A DNA stretch of 64,000 nucleotides from Mobula hypostoma (Eukaryota), in assembly GCF_963921235.1 (NCBI RefSeq), contig NC_086097.1, forward strand, positions 177,322,001 to 177,386,000. Direction: 5' to 3'. A program made the position numbers and the translations under genes. This document shows, one piece after another, positions 1 to 12,329 of this stretch (position 1 is the stretch's first letter; every line of letters begins with the position of its first letter). The notes under the pieces were generated by a model. It saw only the letters and a list, made by a program, of their open reading frames with translations, did not search any database and was not told the DNA's origin.

Positions 1-3000
1 GGCTTCATCGATGTTGTCTTCCCAGGGGACTGTGAGTTCACCAATAACCACTTCTCTACTGGTGTCAGACCATACGATTATATCTGGACGCAATGTTGTG
101 AAAGCTATTTGCTCCGGGAAACTGCCTTTCCCGTCCAAGTCAGCCTTGACACACCAATCATTGGCTGAAGAAAGTATGCTTGATCGTGAGCCTGTGCTGT
201 ACACCCTTGACTTGGAGCCTTCTTTCACAAATGATATGCGATGTTCTGTGCAGCATGGGGCATGAGATAAGTTGTGTTGCAGTACTCTCTGCTCAACCGC
301 TTCTGTTACAACTTTGAGAACGTTGTTATGTCTCCAAGTGTACATGCCGCTGGAAAGATTGACTCTGCATGCACTCAAGATATGTTGACTTCTCGCCACA
401 AGCAGCACACCTGTCTGTCTTCTCTTCATACCAGGTGCTGAGGTTGGCAGGCGTTGGGAGTAGATCGTACGCTGCTCTGCAGAAAAAAGAAATGCGGAGC
501 AGTTCCATCTGCCAGAGAACATTCCAAGATAGATGTCGTTGTTCAACACTTTCCCACCGGGTCCAAGCCCCTTGTTTGGCCAGGCCAGCTGTTTTAGTTA
601 ACCTCTTCTCCTCTTCTACCTCTCGTACTTCTTGTGTTACAACCTCACGGCACTCCTTACCTGTAGAAGATGACCACCACTTGTGGGTTGTCCACCCAAG
701 TCCCTGGTGGCCTAGCTGGATAGCCCCAACTGTCTCCTTGTGCTTCAATCTAGACTCTACCTCATCAACTGCTACACGGGCTGACCACTTCCTGCCTGAT
801 CTCACATCCAGCTGGGTGTTCTTGATGACAGGGTCTTCTGAGTCTTGAAGCATCACGAATGATCTTACCTTGGCTACCTTGACCTCCTCAACAAGGGATT
901 GCACTGGGATGGTAAGCTTTGTCTGGCTACTGTGGATTGCAACATTGGTGAGGCTGCTCGGTACTCCAAGCCACTTCTTCACATACTTGTTAATCTTCCG
1001 TTCCATTGCCTCAACATGGGACATTACCACTTCATAGACAGTTAGCGGCCACATTATTCGTGGCATCAATCCGTACTGCAAGCACCACAACTTCAACTTG
1101 CCAGGCAAGCCACACTTGTCAACAGACATCAGGCCTCTGCTGATCTGTTCTCCTGTCTCTTGAACCCTCTTGGTGTCTCTCAGCTCCTCTGTGTACCATC
1201 GCCCGAGGCTCTTAACTGGTTGGTCCTGAATGGATGGAATCTCCTCTCCACAAATGGTGAAATGAAAGTCAACCAGCTTTCCTCTCCTAAGAACAAGACT
1301 CCTTGACTTCTTGGTCTTGAACTTCATTCTTCCCCAATCCATTAGCTCCTCCAGTCTAGATAGTACATTTTCCACTGCCCCCGTGCTGGGACCCAAAAGG
1401 GTGAGATCGTCCATGAACGTTCGTATTGGTGGTAACTCCTCTCCACCATCAAGTGCGACACCTGGTCCCACTGATTCTGCAGCCCTCACAATGACCTCCA
1501 TGGCTAACACAAAAAGGATGGGTGAAATCGCACATCCCATTGGGATTCCAACATCCAAGCTCTGCCACCTAGTTGTAAACTGCTGAATGGAAAACCTCAT
1601 CCGGAAATCGTTGTAGTACTGCATAACAAAGTTCCTCACCTTAGCGGGAATCCATAGGAATTCCATCACAAACTCAACCAGGACATGGGGAGCAGAACCA
1701 TATGCATTTGCAAGATCAAGCCAAATTAAAGCCAGATTTCTTCTCAACCTTTTTGACTCCTGGATGGTATGCCATATCATACTAGAATGTACAAGGCATC
1801 CTGGGAAGCCTGGTACTCCTGCCTTCTGCACAGATGTATTTACTAATCCATTCTCTAACACAAATGAAGATATTCTTTCTGCCAGAATGCCAAACATAAT
1901 CTTCCCCTCTACATTCAGGAGTGAAATTGGTTGGAACTGATTCAATGTAGAAGAATTCTCTTCCTTCGGGATGTATACTCCTTCAGCCTCACTCCATGAC
2001 AAAAGAACAACACCTTGTCTCCACACCACCTTTAACAATCTCCACAAGTATTTCCTCAGCCGTTCACACTTCTTGAACACCTTATACGGCACTCCATTAG
2101 GTCCTGGCACTGAGCCTGACCTTGCCCTTCTGATGAACCGTTTGACTTCTGCCAGTTTGGGTTCTGACAGGTCGAACTTCCCTCCTGGCTTGGTAGGCTT
2201 CACAAGCCCTGAAATGTCAAGCAAAGGAGCCTCCCGCTGTTCGTTAGAGTAAGTGCTTGCCAGGTGATCCTCAAGTTCTTGTTGAGAGATGTTAAGCTGC
2301 CCGCTCTTACTTTGTTCAAACAGTTTCTTTGTGAACTCGTGAGGGTTCTCAAAGGATGATTTTCTTGCCTTCTCTCTCTTCTTTCTCTTTTTACGTTGTG
2401 ACTCTGCACGACGGAGTGATGCTAACCTTATTCGAAAATGCTCTCGGAGATCGGCAAGCCCTGGCTTGTCACCCTCACTTGCTACCTTCCACCTCTGTCT
2501 CAACAATCTAAGCTCTCTCCTCAACCTACTAATCTCCTTCTGGCGCCTGCTTGGTTGCTGTGTAGGCTTTGTTTTCTTCAACTCAACCAAACCAAACCTG
2601 TACTTTCCAACATCGTAAATCATATTGCCCATCATTTCCAACTTTCTCTTTGATGTTCCCCTGAGAGTGTTCTCCAACTTCATACTGATATCCTCATCAA
2701 ATACACGCCAAGCCTTCTCATCTGCCATTGCTGGCCACTTGACCTTCCTCTTCTTCTCTACCTCCTCACCACCGCCATCAAGTGAAGGATCTACCTGGGT
2801 ACTGTGGTCTGAAACCTGACCTGGGTTATCTCTTGTCTGACCTGGAGTATGATGACTCTCTCCAGAGCGAATCGCTGTGGCTTGTGAATCAGTGGTTGAA
2901 AAGACCACATCATCTGTGCTTGGTGAAGTAATCTCATCTTCATCCACTGGGATGGAATAGCACTTCAGCTTTGCTTGGTGGACTCGTAAACCTTTAATGC

Positions 3001-3112
3001 TAGAAAACGCTCTCCCACACCAACATACTGGACATTCAGAGCCTCTTATCCTAGCTCTTGGTCGTAATCGTTCCCTGTAATTAACTGTATCCGTCCGATT
3101 GAGTCCATCACA
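1..3112 (-). mobile_element. RLE-type non-LTR retrotransposon (HERO/NeSL-like): C2H2 zinc finger, reverse transcriptase, CCHC finger and restriction-like endonuclease; 3' end lies outside the window
   Basis: ORF 326..3190(-) has CWCGRAFSSIKGLRVHQ, then the RT motifs PISLLNVEGK, WLDLANAYGS, GIPMGCAISP and FMDDL. A small deletion near 385 shifts the frame. The other frame then reads QHILSACRVNLSSGMYTWRHNNVL...LRPDIIVWSDTSREVVIGELTVPWEDNIDEA to position 1, the PD-(D/E)xK RLE motif. The first ~26 aa of the tracked ORF come from flanking sequence. Confidence 0.92.
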
Positions 3113-3329
3113 GTAAAGGCATAGTAAAGTCTGGCAGGGAAACTTAAAAGGGATAGAAAGAGGCTGGGTGAATGGCCATAATGGTGACAAGTGGAACTTG
3201 ATATTCAGAAATGTGAAGTGTTTTACTTTGATGGGAAGGACAAGAAAAGCACAATTCTAAAAGGGTCAAGAAAACCCCTCTCCCCACCACTCTCATCCCA
3301 GTCTCCTAAACCCAGCCGGAACCCTGGAC

Positions 3330-4017
3330 CCACTCAGAATATGTCAAGGACTGTGTGCAGTGCAGGTAGACAAATGAAGCTGCACCGCAGCCTGGCATGG
3401 ACTCTCCAACACACAGAATTGCAAGAGGCTACAAGACAGTGTAGACTCAGTTATTTCCATCACAGGTACAACCCTCCTCACCATCGAGGACATCTTCAAA
3501 AGGCAGTGCCTTGTAGGCAGCATCCATCATTACAAACCCTCACCACCAGGGACAAGCCCTCTTTCACATTACTACCATCAGGGAGGAAGTACAGGAGCCC
3601 GAAGACCCAAACTCAATGTTTTAGGAACAGCTTCATCCCCTCTGCCAGCAGATTTATCAATGGTCCATGAACCCATGAACATAGTCATAGTCATACTTTA
3701 TTGATCCCGGGGGAAATTGGTTTTCGTTACAGTTGCACCATAAATAATAAATAGTAATAGAACCATAAATAGTTAAATAGTAATATGTAAATTATGCCAG
3801 TAAATTATGAAATAAGTCCAGGACCAGCCTATTGGCTCAGGGTGTCTGACCCTCCAAGGGAGGAGTTGTAAAATTTGGTGGCCATCTCACTATTCCATTT
3901 TTGGACTATTTATTTATTTTTTATGATAATGTAGTAACTTGTTATGCCTGCTCTGTGCCACTGCCACAAAACAACACATTTCACAACAGGAGTCAGTGAC
4001 AATAAACCTGATTCTGA
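3330..4017 (+). mobile_element. Rex1/Babar LINE 3' fragment, interrupted by the 3' tail of a second LINE (~3680-3884, minus strand)
   Basis: Encodes the RT C-terminal motif TLLPSGRKYRS..TQCFRNSFIPSA and ends in GACAATAAACCTGATTCTGA. The inner segment begins with a (CATAGT)n tail followed by CTTTATT. Confidence 0.8.
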
Positions 4018-4439
4018 ATGGTCTTTTCCTGTCCCGTATCATTCAAGTTCCAGATTGTTGTTGTGATAGGCATTCGCACATCCACAGGGTTTCAATGCCA
4101 TGAACATCAGCTTTTTGAAGCAGCAGCAGCAGCACTGTACATTACAAGACAAGGACAAACGTAGCATCTGATCTATCATAGCATGATCAATACCATAACA
4201 TCAGTCATGCAACAGGCCCTGACACTCATAGAATGCTGTTTCTGGATTTCAGCTCGACATCCAACACTATTGTTTCCACAGACCTCAGTGAACAAACTTC
4301 TGCCCCTCGATTTAAATGCACTACAGTGCAACTGTGTGTTGGACTTCCGAATGAACAGATCTCATATGGTCAGGACCCACAGACACTCCTCCCTCCCCAT
4401 CATCCTCAGCACAGGTGACCCCCATCCGTAATTAACCAA

Positions 4440-4559
4440 CCAACTTACTTGTCTTTGGAAGGTGGGAGGAAACCGAAGCACTCAGAGGAAACGGACACGG
4501 ACACAGGGAGAACGTGCAAACTCCACACGGACAGTGCTGAGGTCAGGATTGAACCCAGG
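4440..4559 (-). mobile_element. V-SINE (tRNA-derived SINE) fragment
   Basis: The reverse complement contains a B-box-like GGGTTCAATCC followed by the V-domain GGAGTTTGCACGTTCTCCCTGTG...GGTTTCCTCCCAC. Confidence 0.75.
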
Positions 4560-4572
4560 TCTTCACACCAAT

Positions 4573-4882
4573 CACAAACAAGAGAAAATCTGCAGATGCT
4601 GGAAATCTGAGCAACACACACAAAATGCTGGAGGAACTCAGCAGGCCAGGCAGCATCTATGGAAAAAAGTACGGTCGACGTTTCAGGCTGAAACCCTTTG
4701 GCAGGACTGAAATCTTCCCTTCGACGGCAGTTCAGTGAAACTCTCTCTCACTGCTCCCTCTTGGTGATCCCTGCTGCTTTCCGACCATCCTACCGAAGGG
4801 TTTCAGCCCAAAATGTCGACCATATTTTTTTCCATAGATGCTTCTGGCCTGCTGAGTTCCTCCAGTATTTTGTGTCTGTTGC
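4573..4882. mobile_element. Penelope-like element: inverted terminal fragments with a 13-bp TSD
   Basis: Inverted arms at ~4610-4700 and ~4793-4882. Flanked by TCTTCACACCAAT (4560-4572) and TCTTCGCACCAAT (4883-4895). Both arms carry degenerate hammerhead-like cores. Confidence 0.75.
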
Positions 4883-5006
4883 TCTTCGCACCAATGATGT
4901 TTTTCTCTTATTCCTCTTGTTTTGTTGGCCAGGGTGTTTAAGTATGAGTCGTCTATAGGGTGGTGGGAGCAACTTCACTGGAGCTGTAAAGCAGGAGCTC
5001 TACAAT

Positions 5007-5708
5007 ACACACACACTCACATACATGCATTCATACACACACTCACATACATGCACACACACACTCACATACATGCACCCATACACACACTCACATACAT
5101 GCACACACACACTCACATACATGCACACACACACTCACATACATGCATTCATACACACACTCACATACATGCACACACACACTCACATACATGCATTCAT
5201 ACACACACTCACATACATGCACCCATACACACACTCACATACATGCACACACACACTCACATACATGCACACACACGCTCACATGCACGCATTCATACAC
5301 ACACTCACATACATGCACCCATACACACACTCACATACATGCACACACACACTCACATACATGCACCCATACACACACTCACATACATGCATTCATACAC
5401 ACACTCACATACATGCACCCATACACACACTCACATACATGCACACTCACATACATGCACCCATACACACACTCACATACATGCACCCATACACACACTC
5501 ACATACATGCACACACACACTCACATACACTCATACACGCACATCTGTGCACATGTGCACATATTCGCAGATACAGTAAAAGACACAAATACACATTTAC
5601 ACACTCATATCACACACAATATACACATGTACACACTGTTCTGCACACAAGCAAAATGCACGCAATCTCACCTGTATAGAAACATGCACGCACACACGCA
5701 CACACACA

Positions 5709-5758
<50 letters not shown>
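5007..5758. repeat. CA-rich minisatellite (ACACACTCACATACATGC-type units) followed by a (CA)n microsatellite
   Basis: Tandem variants of about 22-26 bp from ~5007 to 5530, and a near-pure (CA)n run at ~5694-5758. Confidence 0.95.
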
Positions 5759-5762
<4 letters not shown>

Positions 5763-5789
5763 ATCAGCGGCTTAGAGACAGCAGTATCT

Positions 5790-6095
5790 TTGTACCAGGG
5801 TAGAAATGTCTTATACTAGAGGGCATGCATTTAAGGAAAGAGGGAGTAAGTTCAAAGCAGATGTGCAGGGCAAGATTTTTTACTCAGAAAATGACGGATG
5901 CATGGATTGAGCTGCAAAGGGTGGTGATAGAGGTTGATATGATAGGGGTGTTTAAGCGGCTCTTAAAATGAATATCAGAGAATAGAGGGCTGTGGACATT
6001 GTGTAGGCAGAAGGGATTAGTTTAATTAAGTGTTTTATTGCTAACTTACTTAGATGGGACAACATCATGGGCAAAAGGACTTGTGATGTTCTGTG
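5790..6095 (+). mobile_element. Old CR1 LINE 3' end
   Basis: ACTAGAGGGCATGCATTTAAGG...TTTTTTACTCAGA corresponds to the TRGH..K / FFTQRVV region, followed by a CR1-type 3' UTR. Confidence 0.7.
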
Positions 6096-6692
6096 TGCAA
6101 ATGACGCAAGAACATAAAGCTGTCTGTGTGAGCATGAAAGGGCTGGTCCAATTTCCCAATCAAAACAATTGCATTAAACCATACATTAATCTGCATTTAT
6201 AGCAGTCTGGATATACCCACTCTCCCAGTTCTGATGCCTATACACACTTTCTGTATGATCTCTTTTCCCCTTTTTAACTTCTAGTGCCTACATTTGTAAC
6301 ATGGCACATAAACTTTAGCCAAAGTAATTGCGCTCTCCCCAACAGTCAAAAAAATTACTCAAAATAAGTGAAAATGAAGACTCTTTAATATTCCATGCAA
6401 GATTTATTATCATGTGGTTAAATTAAATGTCTTTATTAAAAAGGATAAAACTCCATTATTAACAAGTGTTATTAAATTAAAATATTAAGTAGCTTTGCTT
6501 CTGTCTGGTTGAGCCCTGCTAATTGGTGTTACACACTGGTCTGACAGTTTGTACTGATATAATAGTTTGTTAAATGGATCTCTAACTAAAACTTGCCTGT
6601 CAACTGAATTTTGCCAATTAGACGGACACCAATTAATGAGGAAATCATATGCAGTATTTTGTATTCACCTGGGCTTGACAGAATAGCTGGAA

Positions 6693-6792
6693 CAGCGTGG
6701 TGGTGCAGTTGGGAGAACCAGTTCCAGCAACGCAGGTTCAATCCTGACCTCTGTGCCGCTGTCTGCATGAAGTTTACATGTTCTCCCTGTGA
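6693..6792 (+). mobile_element. V-SINE 5' fragment
   Basis: A-box-like TGGTGCAGTTGG, B-box-like GGTTCAATCC, then AGTTTACATGTTCTCCCTGTGAC. Confidence 0.65.
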
Positions 6793-7235
6793 CAACATAT
6801 GCCTCCTCAAGATGCTCCAATAGCATCACAGCTTAATATGACAATGGCTCTTCCCAGGATCACAAGAAACTGCAGAGAGCTGTGGACACAGCCAATCCAG
6901 CACACAAGGATGTTGCCAGGACTTGTGGACCTGATTATGGGGGAGGCCATAAGATCGTCAGATATAGGAGGAGAATTAGGCCATTTGGCCCATCGAGTCT
7001 GCTCTGTCATTTCATCAGGACTGATCTATTTCCCTCGCAACCCCATTCTCCTGCCTGCTCCCTGTAACCTTTGATACCCTGACTAATCAAGAACCTCTGC
7101 CTTAAATACACCCAATGATCCGGCCTGCACAGCCATGTGTGGCAATGAATTCCACAGATTCACCACCATCTGACTAAAGAAATTCCTCCTCATCTCTGTT
7201 ATAAATGGATGTCCATCTATTTTGAGGTTGTGTCC

Positions 7236-8536
7236 CAGACATCATTTCAGGGAGGTAGCACCCTCCCCCCAGCACAACACCATATCCCCCCACCACCACC
7301 CCCTGTCGACCTCCAAGGGTGTATGTAATACTTTGTTTAGTGATTTTGTCTAATCTGTAAACCAAGTTGGGTATATGCAGCAAATGTGACATTAAAATAT
7401 GTACTTATATTATATTATATTATCATGTTTATTCTGTTACAACTTACTACAGGGAGTTTGGCCTCATCACGTAGGACATCAATAGAGTAGCTCCTTAGCA
7501 GCTAGCCAGCTAGTTTAAATAACGTTAGCTATGCTGTAATGACACCTGTTAAACTCACCTCAACATGTCTTTTACATTTTAACCCACCTTGGGCAATAGA
7601 AAAGTCACTGTTGCAAACAGTGCAGCGAGCAACACTGTTATTATTTTTGAGATCGACTGTAAAGCCCGCCCACACAGAAAACTGATAGGTCTACTTAGCA
7701 GGGGTACCCCATCTTTTTTGCACCGCAGACCGGTTTAATATTGACAATATCCTGGCAGACCGGCTGACCGGGGGTGGGGGGGGGGGTTAATCACGACCGA
7801 AATATAGGTGATAAGTCAATAGCATCATAACATTTTAAGTAACATTTGGATATTAAACACACAGCGCATATTTTCCCCGTATGAACATATAAAATCATTG
7901 CAACACACCAATATCACTGAATCAGTGCGAGCCCTGGGCTTGTTTTCCTGCAACAAGACGGTCCTATCGAGGGTGAGGGAAGACAACGATACTCGAAGGG
8001 GGTTCCTTATGTCCAGTCTATTCCGCAATTTAGTTTTCGTTGCATTCATTGCAGAAAACTCCGCTTTGCAGCGATATGATGTTGGAAATGGAAGCAACGT
8101 TTTCAGTGCTTTCGTGGCTATCTCAGGATATTTAGCCTTGACTCTGATCCAGAATGCCGGCAGAGATGTTACGTCAAAGAAACTTTTCAGCCGGCCGTCA
8201 TTTACAAGCTCGAGGAGTTGATCTTCTTCCCGCGCTGACATGGATGACGCGCAGGTAATGACCTCACATGCGTTCAAGTTCAACAGTGCGTGACAGGGAA
8301 TGAGGAAAGGTGCAAATGACTCATATCGTTTCATATCGCCAAATCATATTGTTTCCTCACGGCCCGGTGGTTGGGGACCATTCTTAGCATGAACGGAGAC
8401 CAATCAGGATGCTCGCTCTCCCTCTCCCTCTCAAAAAAATCTATTTCCGGGATATTGTATATAATTTCCGGGCATCAGGGAGCCACTATCGATATGCGGG
8501 AGACTCCCGGATCTTCCAGGAGAGGTGGGATGTCTG
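7236..8536. mobile_element. Non-autonomous DNA transposon with CAGACATC/GATGTCTG termini and a 6-bp TSD (GTGTCC)
   Basis: GTGTCC (7230-7235) precedes CAGACATC. GATGTCTG (8529-8536) is followed by GTGTCC (8537-8542). Removing the element restores the CR1 host. Confidence 0.75.
7699..8380 (-). mobile_element. hAT Charlie/Buster-type deletion derivative (Charlie3/MER1-like) retaining the C-terminal dimerisation domain
   Basis: Termini CAGGGGT(A)CCCCA and TTGGGGACCA. ORF 7825..8334(-) reads FWIRVKAKYPEIATKALKTLLPFPTSY..FSAMNATKTKLRNRLD. Left flank CTACTTAG, with a degenerate right copy TTCTTAG. Confidence 0.88.
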
Positions 8537-9062
8537 GTGTCCTCTGGTCCTAGACTCCTCAACCAAAGGAAACATCCTCTTCATATCCACTCTATCTAGG
8601 CCTTTCAACATTTAATAGGTTTCAACGTGATCACCCCTCATTCTTCTAAATTCCAATTAAGTACTGTCCCAGAGCCTTAAATTGCTGCTAATATGATAAC
8701 TCTTTCATTTCTAAAGCCCTTCCAATGTCAGCACGAGGGGCCCAAAACTGTTCATAAGGCCTCACCAGTGCTTTATTCAGCCTCAGCATTACATCCTCTT
8801 GAAATGAATGCTTAGCACTGCAACCTGCAAATTAACCTTTGGGGAATTATGCACAAAGACTCCCAAATCCCTTTGCACTTTGGATTTTTGAATTTCTACT
8901 GTAATTTGTGAACCACAACCAAGCTACGATTCGGAGGCCTGTAAATAACTCCCATCAGGATCTTCTTATCCATGCAGTTTCTTAACTGACAAGGATTCTA
9001 CATCTTCCAATCTTATGTCACCTCTCTCTAAAGATTTGATTTCATTTCAGAGCCACTTGCGG

Positions 9063-10104
9063 AGCACCGGTGCCCCACAAGGCTGTGTACTCAGCCCCCT
9101 GCTGTACTCACTGTACACCCATGATTGTGTGGCCAAGTTTCCATCAAACTCAATATATAAGTTTGCTGATGACATAACAATTGTAGGCCGTATCTCGGGT
9201 AATGATGAATTTGAGTACAGAGAGGAAACTAAGAACCTGGTGGCATGGTGCGAAGACAATAACCTATCCCTCAATGTCAGCAAGACGAAGGAATTGGTTG
9301 TTGACTTCAGAATGAGTAGCAGACTGCACGACCCAATTTACATTGGTGGTGCGCAAGTGGAACAGGTCAAAAGCTTTAAGTTCCTTGGGGTCAATATCAC
9401 AAATGACCTGACTTGGTCCAACCAAGCAGAGTTCACTGCCAAGAAGGCCCACCAGTGCCTTTACTTCCTGAGAAAACTAAAGAAATTTGGCCTGTCCCCT
9501 AAAACCCTCACTAATTTTTATAGATGCACCATAGAAAGCATTCTTCTCGGGTGCATCACAACCTGGTATGGAAGTTATCCTGTCCACGACCGAAAGAAGC
9601 TGCAGAAGATCGTGAACACGGTGCAGCACATCACACACACCAGTCTTCTGTCCTTGGATTCACTTTCCACCGCACACTGTCGGAGTAGTATTGCCAGGAT
9701 AATCAAGGACACGACCCACCAAGCCAACACACTTTTTGTCCCTCTTCCCTCCGGGAGAAGGCTCAGGAGCTTGAAGACTAGTACAGCCAGATTTGGGAAC
9801 TTCTTCTTTCCAACTGTGATAAGACTGCTGAATGGATCCTGACCCAGATCAGGGCCGTACCCTCCAAATATCTGGACCTGCCTCTCATTTTTTTTTAACA
9901 CTACCTTACTTCCCATTTTTCTATTTTCTATTTATGATTTATAATTTAAATTTTTAATATTTACTAATCTTTACTAGTTTTAATATTTTTGATATTTAAT
10001 ATTTGTAATCCAGGGAGCAGGAAGCACAGAATCAAATATCACTGTGATGATTATACATGCTAATATCAATTGTTTGGCGACAATGAAGTATAAAGTATAA
10101 AGTA
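9063..10104 (+). mobile_element. Young 5'-truncated Rex1/Babar LINE
   Basis: Uninterrupted RT ORF to 9842 ([33 protein letters not shown]), with an (AAGTATA)n tail at ~10085-10104. Confidence 0.92.
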
Positions 10105-10659
10105 CTTCTCCTCCTTCTCTGCTTACCTACCTGTCCTTTGTGTATCCTTGGGTATTAAACTTCCAACTACAATCCTCTTTGAGCCACGACTCATTGATGT
10201 CCATAACATCATACCTGACAATCTCTAATTTAATTGTACTACAAGATCATCTGCCTTATTTCGTGTACTGCGTGCATTCAAATATAACACGTTCAGTCCT
10301 GTATTTGTCATCCTTTTCAATTTTGTCTTCCTTTTACACTGTAACCCACCCATTGACTGCAACTTTGCCCTGTCACCTGCCTGTCCTTCCTGACAGTGTC
10401 ACGATATACTAAGTCTGATGTAAATCAACATCCCTATCCTCAGCCCTGTAGCTCTGGTTCCTTTCTCCCTGCCAAATTAGTTTAAACCCCACACCCCGCC
10501 CCCAACAGCTCTAGCAAACCTGGCCACAGCATATTGGTCCCCCTCAGGTTAAGGTGTAGCCCATCCCTTTTGTGGAGGTCATACTTTCCTCAGAAGAGAC
10601 CCCAATGATCCATAAATCTGAAACTCTGCTTCCAGCACCAGTTCCATCCCCCTATGAGC

Positions 10660-12252
10660 ATACATGGCTCCTTCGTAGAGAAAGTTAAGTGCACCAAGTT
10701 CCTGGGAGTTCTCATCACAGACAACCTCACCTAGTCCCTCAATATCAGCTCCCTGAATAAGAAGGCACAGCAGCACTTCCACTTCCTAAAGGGATTAAGG
10801 CAAGCAAGGCTCTCCCCTAACCCCCACCATCTTAACTGAATTTTACAGGAGCACTATTGAGAGAGTCCTGACAAGCTTCACCTCCACCTCGTTTGGGAGC
10901 AAAAGAGCATCAGACTAGATGTCCGTACAAAGGACTGAAGAATGGCAGAGAGAATCATAGGGGTCTCCCTACCATCCATCAAGGACATTTATCGTGAGTG
11001 CTGCATACCTAGGGCCATTTGTATTATCAAGGATCCCACCCATCCATCCAGCAACCTCTTTGACTTTCTATCATCAGGCAGGAGATCCCAATGCATTAAG
11101 ACAGGAACGGTCAAGATGGGAAACAGCTTCTTCCCTCAGGCCATTCGGCTTCTGAACTCCCTGCCACATCACATTCAAAGGGTCACTGGTTACTCTGTTC
11201 TGTACCTTACAATATTTAATTTTTTAACTCTACTTTGTTTATCTATGCATAATTCATTTGTACATTTTATCTTTACTCTCCTAAGCTACTGTGTGTTATA
11301 TTCTGTTATGGGTACTACTGTGCTTTACACCTCGGCATAGCTCAAATACCATCTATACATTTGCTGATGATACAACCATTGTTGGTAGAATCTCAGGTGG
11401 TGACGAGAGGGTGTACAGCAGTGAGATATGCCAACTAGTGGAGTGGTGCTGCAGCAACAACCTGGCATTCAACATCAATAAGACGAAAGAGCTGATTGTG
11501 AACTTCAGGAAGGGTAAGACGAAGGAACACATACTAATCCTCATAGAGGGATCAGAAGTGGGGAGAGTGAGCAGCTTCACGTTCCTGGGTGTCAAGATCT
11601 CTGAGGATCTAACCTGGTCATAAAGAAGGCAAGACAGCGGCTATACTTTATTAGGAGTTTAAAGTGATTTGGCACGTCAACATATCCACTCAAAAACTTC
11701 TATAGTTGTACTGTGGAGAGCATTCTGACATATTGTATTACTGTCTGGTATGGAGGGGCTACTGCACAGGACCGAAAGAAGCTACACAAGGTTGTAAATC
11801 TAGTCAGCTCCATCTTGGGCACTAGCCTACAAAGTACCCAGGACATCTTCAGGGAGCGGTGTCTCAGAAAGGCAATGTCCATTATTAAAGACCTCCAGCA
11901 CACAGGGCACGACCTTTTCTCACTGTTACCATCAGGTAGGAGGTACAGAAGCCTGAAGGCACACACTCAGCGATTCAGGAACAGCTTCTTCCCCTCTGCC
12001 ATCCGATTCCTAAATGGACATTGAAGCTTTGGACACCACCTCACTTTTTCTGATATACAGTATTTCTGTTTTTGCACATTTTTAAATAATCTATTCAATA
12101 TACGCAATTGATTTACCTGTTTATTTATTATGATGTTTTATTTTATTTATTATTATTATTTTCTCTCTCTGCTAGATTATGTATTGCATTGAACTGCTGC
12201 TGCTAAGTTAACAAATTTCACATCACATGCTGATGATAATAAACCTGATTCT
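10660..12252 (+). mobile_element. Two adjacent Rex1/Babar LINE 3' fragments (10660-11335 and 11336-12252)
   Basis: Two sets of RT C-terminal motifs (KFLG, IIKDP.HP, SGRR, NSFFP.AIR). The second has FADD and ends in AATAAACCTGATTCTG. Confidence 0.85.
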
Positions 12253-12329
12253 GTTTGGAGAAACATTGTCTCGTTTGATGGTATACAGGTATATAGTCAA
12301 ATGACAATAACTTTGACTTGATTTGACTA

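Larger units (their letters stand above)
6948..10640 (-). mobile_element. Old CR1 LINE in three pieces (6948-7235, 8537-9055, 10105-10640), split by younger insertions
   Basis: CR1 3' UTR at 6948-7100. The sequence GAGGTTGTGTCC|TCTGGTCCTAGACTC is continuous across the 7236-8536 insertion. Further CR1-like sequence follows 10105. Confidence 0.7.

Noticed and set aside
3113..3270. N-terminal 26 aa of the 954-aa ORF and start of ORF 3191..3670
   Set aside because: Non-ATG starts inside an old plus-strand CR1 fragment (the KCEV..F region). These are chimeric read-through, not true starts.
4922..5803. His/Thr-rich ORFs of 178-293 aa
   Set aside because: They are translations of a CA-rich minisatellite that lacks stop codons in all three plus frames. 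There is no evidence of a real protein.
6693..6750. tRNA gene (A-box/B-box-like motifs here and at other SINE heads)
   Set aside because: No cloverleaf, and the motifs run directly into the V-SINE core, so they are SINE heads.
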